Shown in pieces: positions 57,347 through 64,000 of a stretch of 64,000 nucleotides of DNA. This stretch comes from Naegleria gruberi (lineage: Eukaryota), in assembly GCA_000004985.1 (NCBI GenBank), contig GG738914.1. One strand, written 5' to 3'. Within the stretch, counting starts at the first letter, position 1. Each line of letters begins with the position of its first letter. The notes below the pieces were generated by a model. That model was not told where the DNA came from, made no database searches, and worked only from the letters and a program-made list of their open reading frames with translations. The position numbers and the translations under genes were made by a program.

Positions 57347-59128
57347 ATGGAGGTCGAATCTGAAGAATTATTCGAATCATTTTTTTATTATTCAAAATCG
57401 GAGAAAATTCAACAAGTAATTTTACACGAAAATCAATTATCACCACTCGGATCAGATGTTATGCAATTAATTCTTTCCTTTCTGCAACCGATTCCTTTCT
57501 TATTTCAACTAAAACGAGTTTCGTCTAATTGGAATAAGTTATGCGAAAGTTGCATGAAAGAAAGTTGTACAGAATTATATTGGGATGAAAAAACAGCAAG
57601 TTCTCTACTTGGAAATCTAAAGAAACATGCAAAAAAGTTGTGGCAATTTCCAGAATTTTATGAAGATGAAAATTTATTAACAAATTCAAAATCTGAATCA
57701 GAAAGTACTTTTGAATTTGTAAAGAATTCAATAATGCTGCCATTTAAAAGTGGAAATTCAATTGAATACATGATGTTTGGATTGTTTAGGAGTGTATTAT
57801 TCAAATTTGGCAAGTTGAGCTCACTAATTTTACATAATGTTAAGGTGAATGCTGGATTGCTTTATTTATTATTTGTGGAATGGGGAAAGGAGTTGGAACG
57901 AATCAAATTCATTAATTGTATTGTTGATTTTGGTTTGCCGAAACAAATTACTTGTCAAGATGATGTCAATTCCCATAATAGTTATTGGCTTGTTTCAGAT
58001 TTGAATCAAATACAGAGCTTGAAATTTGAGATTCCAAGTCAATTACCTGATCTTACAATTCAAAAAAGTCTTTTAATTGAAAATTTGAAGAAAGCCAAGA
58101 TGAAAGATATCTCATTTAGCAATTGTTCAATTGATAGATCACTTGTTTTGAATCATACGCATGCTTCTCACTTTTCTCTGGAATTAATGTGCTTTTTTTC
58201 ATCAATTGGAAGTTTGGAAACTGCTTATTATGATTGTTTTGAATTTAATGAAACTTTTGATCAAGACAGGACCTTCTTTAAAAAGCTTGTGCCAAATGTC
58301 AAGTTTAATATTCCATTCTTCCTTGCAGTTAAGCAACTGTTGGACATTTTACCATTTGAAAAAGTTGTAGAATATTTCAAATTTGACATGGAACGTAATT
58401 ATTCGTTAGTGAAGAATAGAATGAATGCTTATCAAAAGAGAAAAATACGAAATAAGGAAGAATTAATCAATTTTTACTATGAAGTTTTTCCCTCATTTGC
58501 ATCATTCCATGTTAGGTGCTCTCCTTTTATATTTGATTTATATTACAAAGATTATAGAGGATTCAACATGCTTCAATCGATATTGTCTTCTATTTATTTT
58601 AGTAGAAAACATCAAACTCATCTGCTTGATTTCATTTTTGATTATTTTTCTTTTTACAATGAAGATACAAACTCTGTAAAAGAAAGTACTGAGATTTTAA
58701 ATGAATTATTTGCATCAAATAATCGAGTGGACGGGAGAAATTCGACCTTTATTGTAATTTCATATGAACTGACATTCATGTTTGAAAAGATGGTTAAACA
58801 TAAAGTTCATTTCAATGCCAAAGATAGAGAAGGATCAACCATAGCTCATTATCTAGCTCAGGTAGGAAATGGTTCAACATTACAAAAATTAATTGAGATA
58901 TTGGACAAACTACCAACTGTGGAAGAGAGGAAATACTTTTTAGATTTAAACATTCCCAATAATCAAGGACAAACTGCAGCTATGATTTGTTACAATGAGA
59001 AGAAATTTGAATTATTGGAATATTTGATGCAAATTGCTCCAAGATATGGAATTCTTGCTGCAAATGGCATGCCATTACAAAAAGATAATGTTTCAGTACT
59101 GGAACAACAGTCTTGCTCTTTAATGTAA
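57347..59128 (+). CDS. F-box-like / ankyrin-repeat protein, hypothetical
   Basis: First ATG at 57347 (MEVESEELF). F-box-like LGSDVMQLILSFLQPIPFLFQLKRVSSNWNKLC. The C-terminus has ankyrin-like repeats (GSTIAHYLAQVGNGSTLQKLIE; NNQGQTAAMICYNEKKFELLEYLM). Confidence 0.6.
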   Translation: MEVESEELFESFFYYSKSEKIQQVILHENQLSPLGSDVMQLILSFLQPIPFLFQLKRVSSNWNKLCESCMKESCTELYWDEKTASSLLGNLKKHAKKLWQFPEFYEDENLLTNSKSESESTFEFVKNSIMLPFKSGNSIEYMMFGLFRSVLFKFGKLSSLILHNVKVNAGLLYLLFVEWGKELERIKFINCIVDFGLPKQITCQDDVNSHNSYWLVSDLNQIQSLKFEIPSQLPDLTIQKSLLIENLKKAKMKDISFSNCSIDRSLVLNHTHASHFSLELMCFFSSIGSLETAYYDCFEFNETFDQDRTFFKKLVPNVKFNIPFFLAVKQLLDILPFEKVVEYFKFDMERNYSLVKNRMNAYQKRKIRNKEELINFYYEVFPSFASFHVRCSPFIFDLYYKDYRGFNMLQSILSSIYFSRKHQTHLLDFIFDYFSFYNEDTNSVKESTEILNELFASNNRVDGRNSTFIVISYELTFMFEKMVKHKVHFNAKDREGSTIAHYLAQVGNGSTLQKLIEILDKLPTVEERKYFLDLNIPNNQGQTAAMICYNEKKFELLEYLMQIAPRYGILAANGMPLQKDNVSVLEQQSCSLM

Positions 59129-59155
59129 TTAATGAAGAGCAATTTTTTGATCTAT

Positions 59156-60231
59156 TTAAAAGAGGCCACCAAAAACAGGGCCTTCTTCCTCTTCATCTAC
59201 TGCTATGGCAACGAAACTAGGGTGTTCTTGGTCCTCTTCATCGACTACTACTCCTTCATTTGGAGATTTGAAAATATTGTTAGCATTATCAGTTGGGGAA
59301 AGCTTGTTTACAATATTCTTCATTCCAAATTTGTTACAAGCACACAAGAGTGCTTGTTTGGTATCTTCATCCAATTTACTTCCAATAATTCCATAATTTA
59401 ATCAAGTATATGTGAAAAAATTAATGGATTACAATCAATGAAATAAATTGGATCATCAAACTGTTTTGAAGCTGGTGTTTGATAACATGGATATTCACCA
59501 TTGAACATTTTCTTAAACAAGTTATCAGGTTCTTGTTGATTGGAGGTGAAATCTCCCAACGAAACTGTCATTATAGTTCCTCTCACATTCAAGTGAATTG
59601 GTTTGTTGCTATTTTCGAGCTTTTCTCTTGCCAATACTTGATTTTCAAATTCGTTCATTCTAGTTTCCAATAATTCTTCTTTCTTTCTAAATTGGTCTAT
59701 TAATTGTTGTTCAAGGGATGCCAATCTATCTTTTGAAACAGTCAATAATTGTTCATTTTCAGTTTGTAATGCTGCCATCCGTTCCAGGTGTTCTCTTTCC
59801 AATTTACTCTTGAATTCTTCGACTTGTTGATATGCTTCATGGAGTGGACAGTACTTTTCTTGATGGTCTTTCAACTCACCTCTCAATACAATATTCTTAC
59901 ACATGCCACACTTGACTTTCAATTTATCCAACATGTTTCGAATAGTTTTGGCACTTGCTGCACAATTCTTCTTGAATCCACCTTCGTTACACAATGGACA
60001 AACCGTTACATTCTCAATACATTTGGCACAGAAAGTATTTCCGCATGAATTATGGGAAATTGGATCCACGAAAGGATGTAAACAAATAGAACAAATTAAA
60101 TCTTCATCAATTTCCTTCTCTACATAATCGAATAGCACTTCTTCTTTCTCCTCCTTGATCAATGGTGTGTTGGAGGAAGTTATTGACGAGTTGGCTATTA
60201 GCTTGCGTTGTTTGAGTTTTTTTAACCCCAT
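59156..60231 (-). CDS. RING finger / TRAF-type zinc finger / coiled-coil / BTB (KCTD T1) protein; frameshift near 59375-59400
   Basis: ATG at 60231. C3HC4 RING CSICLHPFVDPISHNSCGNTFCAKCIENVTVCPLC. TRAF-like Cys/His cluster and coiled coil. T1/BTB region IHLNVRGTIMTVSLGDF...IYFIDCNPLIFSHILD continues in another frame as NYGIIGSKLDEDTKQALLCACNKFGMKNIVNKL (ORF 59156..59374). Confidence 0.75.
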
Positions 60232-61308
60232 AGTGTCTATTTTTTTGTGATTGTAATTCTAATTTTTGATTTGTGACACGAACACTTGTCATTGGGATTT
60301 ACGGAATCAGATTGTGATCAACAGTTGGTAAACCAAGGACAATAATGATACATTCTTTTACAACGAAATTAAATCGCCAAATCAACCAAGAAAATTATTA
60401 GGTAGAGTGGATAGTCAAACATGCTTCTTGTTTCCGAGTGTAAGAAAATCTACATCAACCTGAAATATTTACAAGTTATCGTGTACATCCAATCATAGCT
60501 TGACCAAAATTGATCAAATAAAGTGCTACTGTTGACCATTCCGAACAATCATCAATATGTTTTCCCATCAATTTTATAATAGTATTTGTAAATTCAATTT
60601 TAGTGATTTTTGGTGAACTCATAATCAATGCTGAATCTACAACTGACAAGTTGAGAAGGAACGTAGTATCGACGATATTCCAAGTTGTAACTTTCCATCT
60701 TCAAAAATAATTTCCAATTTCATGATAATAATCCAACAATAAAAATTTCTATTATTACTACTATTTAAATAATGTTGAGATGATGATGTGAAAGTTTGGT
60801 GCTTTCATCATGATGTAAAACCACTCCGAAAATCATCATGTCCTCCTTGCCACATTTCCTTTAATATTTTTTGATAATTTTTTTTATTATTAAAAAATAT
60901 CAAACTCTAACTTGGAAGCAACAACAGCTGCAATGGTCATCACGAAATAATAATTTCCAGATATTTGCTCCTTTCATCATCATTGCTTCAAATAATATAT
61001 CCAATATTGATGGAAATATTACAGTTAAAAAACCATCATGATGAATTTCTTTTAGGGTTCCTCTCGCACTCCAATGCGAGTTCCGATACAAAATTATCTT
61101 TGGAAGGTTCACAATAGTGTTTGATGGATGAACTGAAGAATTCACATAGTAATAGAAGACTTTTTTGACATTGTTGATGCTTATACCCTACTGTAATTGA
61201 AGCCTAAAAAATCACATTTCCAAAGTAAGGTAGGAGTCAAACGTGGATGGATATCTCAATTGTCCATTTTTCAAAAGTCCTTTTAACCAACAGAAAAACA
61301 TCAAAAAA

Positions 61309-63231
61309 ATGTCAATGAAAGAATATATAGAGCTCATCTTTTTATCTTCGTATCAGAATCCTTCACTAATAGTCAATGGTCATGCTTCATCAACAGCGCC
61401 ATTTTCGTCATCTTTACATAACGTTTTATTGGAAAGTTTGAATAGCTCAACAACAATAACCAACACAACAAACAATGGTACATCAAACTTTTGTGATCCG
61501 TCACTGTTTAATACACCTTGGAGTAGAGAAGTGAATGGAAGTGTCATTTACGGGCTTTGTCCAGATACTTATTTCTCAATGGCTTTTTGTTTGGCATTTG
61601 TTGTACTTTATCTGTTAGTTGTCATTTTGAGTGGTGTTGGAGTTTATTGGAAGAGGAAGAGTGGTCATATTGTGGCTAGGAATCCAATCTACCTCTACTT
61701 TACATTAGGAGCTGCACTATTCTTTGTGATATCTCTTACTATGAGAGTGATTGTGGGCAGGAAAATATATCCGTGTGGATTGTTGACTGCTTCCTTTTTT
61801 ACATTCCCTCCTGCAATTTGTTTACCTACCATCTTTAGAATGATGAGAACATTCTTCATGTATAAGATTAATTTACAAAAGGCCAAATTATTCGATTCCT
61901 CTACTGGCACCAATAAGCCGGAGGGGAAAGATTTTGAATTATTTAAAGGAGCAGTAGAACCTGAAATCAAACATGAAACGCCAACACCAGGAATTGATTT
62001 TTCACAAATATTTCATGCTGAGACTTCTCCTTCTGTTCACCAAAATAATCCATTCGTAGGAAGTCCTAGTTCAACAGTTGACTCACTCAGTAGTACCACA
62101 GATGATGTGGATGACGTTTCGAATTCCAATACTGGAATTGATTCAGAATCTATTGCTGATGTTTCAACATGGAATTTTACAGAACTCAAAGAAATTCAAT
62201 CACTCAGATCTGAAATTAGAAAGTTGAAGATTTACAATTTTGTGACCAGTTTGAAATTTATTACCATTTTTTACATTCTGGGTTTTATATTTGGACTTGT
62301 AGTATGGCTGATTATTGGAGGTATAGAAGAAGCTTTATATTCATTCAATACTAGTCCAGATAAGAAACGTATCTTCCTCTATGATGGTGGATTGTTTGTT
62401 TTTGATCATGGTTGTGGAATGACATCAAACTCTATCATTATCGTTGGTATTGAAGCAATTTTATACATTATTCTAGAGTTTATCTGTTTCATAATGTGTG
62501 TCAGAGCTGATAAAGATACTTGGGGTATCAAGTTAGAATCTCTCACATTGATTGTAATTCAGATTCTTAGTGCAATAATTTTCCTAGTGGCAGGAAATAT
62601 AGAATTCATTTTCAACTTTACAGAATATTATTTCCCATATGGATTTGTATTGTGGGGTTACATGCTGATTGAAATTATTGTTTGTGTGACACTTCCAGTT
62701 CTCTATGCCATTGTAAGAGATAATAAGGACAAGGTTCAACAAGCAGCTCAATTGAGTACTTTGGAAAAGATTTTGAAAAATAAGAAAACCTTCCAAGTTA
62801 TGCTTGATTTTGCAAGAAGAAGTTATTGTACTGAAAGTATATTGTGTTGGAGGGATATTCAGAGATATAGATTGGCAAGAAAGAAAAGTCATAGAAAAAA
62901 GGCAATCATTCACATACTTGGAGTTTATTTGACATTTGGAGCTCCCTTGGAATTAAACATGCCAAATGTAGAGAAACTGAAACAGGAAATTCTAGCTCAA
63001 ATTACTGGAGGAAAATTTATAGTAACAGAAGGATTGATTGTTGATGCCAATGAAATTTCCAAAATTATGAATGGTAATGCACTTGTACAACTTCACACAA
63101 ACTTGTTCCAAGCTGTACAGGAGCATTGTTTGAATGATATGAGTGATTTATTTGAAAGATTGAAGAATTCTAATAAGGAGATTGCAGAGATTGTCAAGTC
63201 ACATAAGGAACTTTCACAAACCGTGAACTAA
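61309..63231 (+). CDS. 7TM-RGS protein, paralog B
   Basis: First in-frame ATG at 61309 (MSMKEY). Same architecture as 52496..54412: GLCPDTYF...KRKSGHIVARNPI, seven TM helices, a long hydrophilic TM3-TM4 loop, and RGS box VMLDFARRSYCTESILCWRDIQRYRLA. Confidence 0.8.
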   Translation: MSMKEYIELIFLSSYQNPSLIVNGHASSTAPFSSSLHNVLLESLNSSTTITNTTNNGTSNFCDPSLFNTPWSREVNGSVIYGLCPDTYFSMAFCLAFVVLYLLVVILSGVGVYWKRKSGHIVARNPIYLYFTLGAALFFVISLTMRVIVGRKIYPCGLLTASFFTFPPAICLPTIFRMMRTFFMYKINLQKAKLFDSSTGTNKPEGKDFELFKGAVEPEIKHETPTPGIDFSQIFHAETSPSVHQNNPFVGSPSSTVDSLSSTTDDVDDVSNSNTGIDSESIADVSTWNFTELKEIQSLRSEIRKLKIYNFVTSLKFITIFYILGFIFGLVVWLIIGGIEEALYSFNTSPDKKRIFLYDGGLFVFDHGCGMTSNSIIIVGIEAILYIILEFICFIMCVRADKDTWGIKLESLTLIVIQILSAIIFLVAGNIEFIFNFTEYYFPYGFVLWGYMLIEIIVCVTLPVLYAIVRDNKDKVQQAAQLSTLEKILKNKKTFQVMLDFARRSYCTESILCWRDIQRYRLARKKSHRKKAIIHILGVYLTFGAPLELNMPNVEKLKQEILAQITGGKFIVTEGLIVDANEISKIMNGNALVQLHTNLFQAVQEHCLNDMSDLFERLKNSNKEIAEIVKSHKELSQTVN

Positions 63232-63645
63232 TTGTCAGATTTATTGGCACAATATGGACAAAAGTAATCAACTATTAACAAACTTAGGGTAATTGTTTGA
63301 GAATAATATTGATCCAATATCTTTTACAATTCATTTTACAATTGAAGTTACCATATCTCTAAAAAGGTTTTTGAAGTCAAGTGACTTGTTGACCTTCATA
63401 TTTTACAAGTCCTTGGAGCGCAACAGGAATGGTGAGGCATGGAAAAGGTACGGTGTGTAATAAAAATAGAATTGGCAAGGAACAGCGAAGGTTTGGTGAC
63501 TTATTTTTAAGAAACGACCAAGGTACGGCAGAAAATAGGAACGGGAATAGGTATGCAAACAAGGCATGGATATTTTTAAAATTTTTACAAGTCAGTTCCA
63601 CCATTGAAATCCTTGCTAATTTTCTATAAAAGTACAAATAACACT

Positions 63646-64000
63646 NNNNNNNNNNNNNNNNNNNNNNNNNNNNNNNNNNNNNNNNNNNNNNNNNNNNNNN
63701 NNNNNNNNNNNNNNNNNNNNNNNNNNNNNNNNNNNNNNNNNNNNNNNNNNNNNNNNNNNNNNNNNNNNNNNNNNNNNNNNNNNNNNNNNNNNNNNNNNNN
63801 NNNNNNNNNNNNNNNNNNNNNNNNNNNNNNNNNNNNNNNNNNNNNNNNNNNNNNNNNNNNNNNNNNNNNNNNNNNNNNNNNNNNNNNNNNNNNNNNNNNN
63901 NNNNNNNNNNNNNNNNNNNNNNNNNNNNNNNNNNNNNNNNNNNNNNNNNNNNNNNNNNNNNNNNNNNNNNNNNNNNNNNNNNNNNNNNNNNNNNNNNNNN
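63646..64000. other. assembly gap (N run to end of window)
   Basis: Run of N. Confidence 1.

Noticed and set aside
60900-61145. 81-aa ORF in the 1-kb intergenic region upstream of 7TM-RGS paralog B
   Set aside because: No start codon context and no domain, and it is likely promoter DNA. It ends in an unusual Cys run (CSCCCF) and is probably random.
63377-63637. Overlapping plus and minus ORFs abutting the terminal gap
   Set aside because: Mutually exclusive, low complexity, truncated by the gap, and without homology signal.
1-64000. Prokaryotic defence or mobile systems (CRISPR, restriction-modification, toxin-antitoxin, integrases, transposases)
   Set aside because: The sequence is eukaryotic, with spliceosomal introns, eukaryotic tRNA structure and poly-Q/N proteins. 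No CRISPR-like arrays, transposase or RT ORFs were seen.

Overview
The window is nuclear DNA from an AT-rich (about 30-35% GC) amoeboid protist, not a prokaryote. The evidence is short GT..AG introns of 63-151 nt, internal-promoter tRNA genes, and poly-Q/N/S tracts in proteins. I could not assign a species. The gene content looks dictyostelid- or Naegleria-like: LRR_RI repeats with IGDEGAKYIS motifs, F-box-like N-termini, tenascin-type EGF adhesion proteins, a hybrid histidine kinase and 7TM-RGS receptors. The window is gene-dense, with about 35 protein-coding genes on both strands, most of them intronless or with one intron. Recognisable products are: an ABC1/ADCK kinase; an NRPS-like adenylation-carrier-reductase (A-T-R) enzyme; three EGF-repeat surface proteins; two F-box/LRR_RI paralogs; an RCC1-propeller+EGF protein; a PTB/hnRNP-L-like 4-RRM protein; a FAM135-like DUF676 serine hydrolase; a bacterial-type YqjM Old Yellow Enzyme; CDC123; a hybrid histidine kinase; two paralogous 7TM-RGS receptors; a partial class-3 lipase; an F-box/ankyrin protein; and a RING-TRAF-BTB(KCTD) protein. 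There are four tRNA genes: Ser-UGA, two copies of Ser-AGA inside a duplicated ~110-bp unit, and Gly-GCC. There are also two ~200-bp direct repeats that bracket a lineage-specific ORF. Two N-runs (56802-56851 and 63646-64000) are assembly gaps, so this is a draft scaffold. The most striking pattern is that at least six otherwise intact, homology-supported genes are broken by single-nucleotide frameshifts, which points to assembly indels or pseudogenes. No prokaryotic defence systems, CRISPR arrays or intact mobile elements were found. Coordinates I derived by hand may be off by 1-2 nt.
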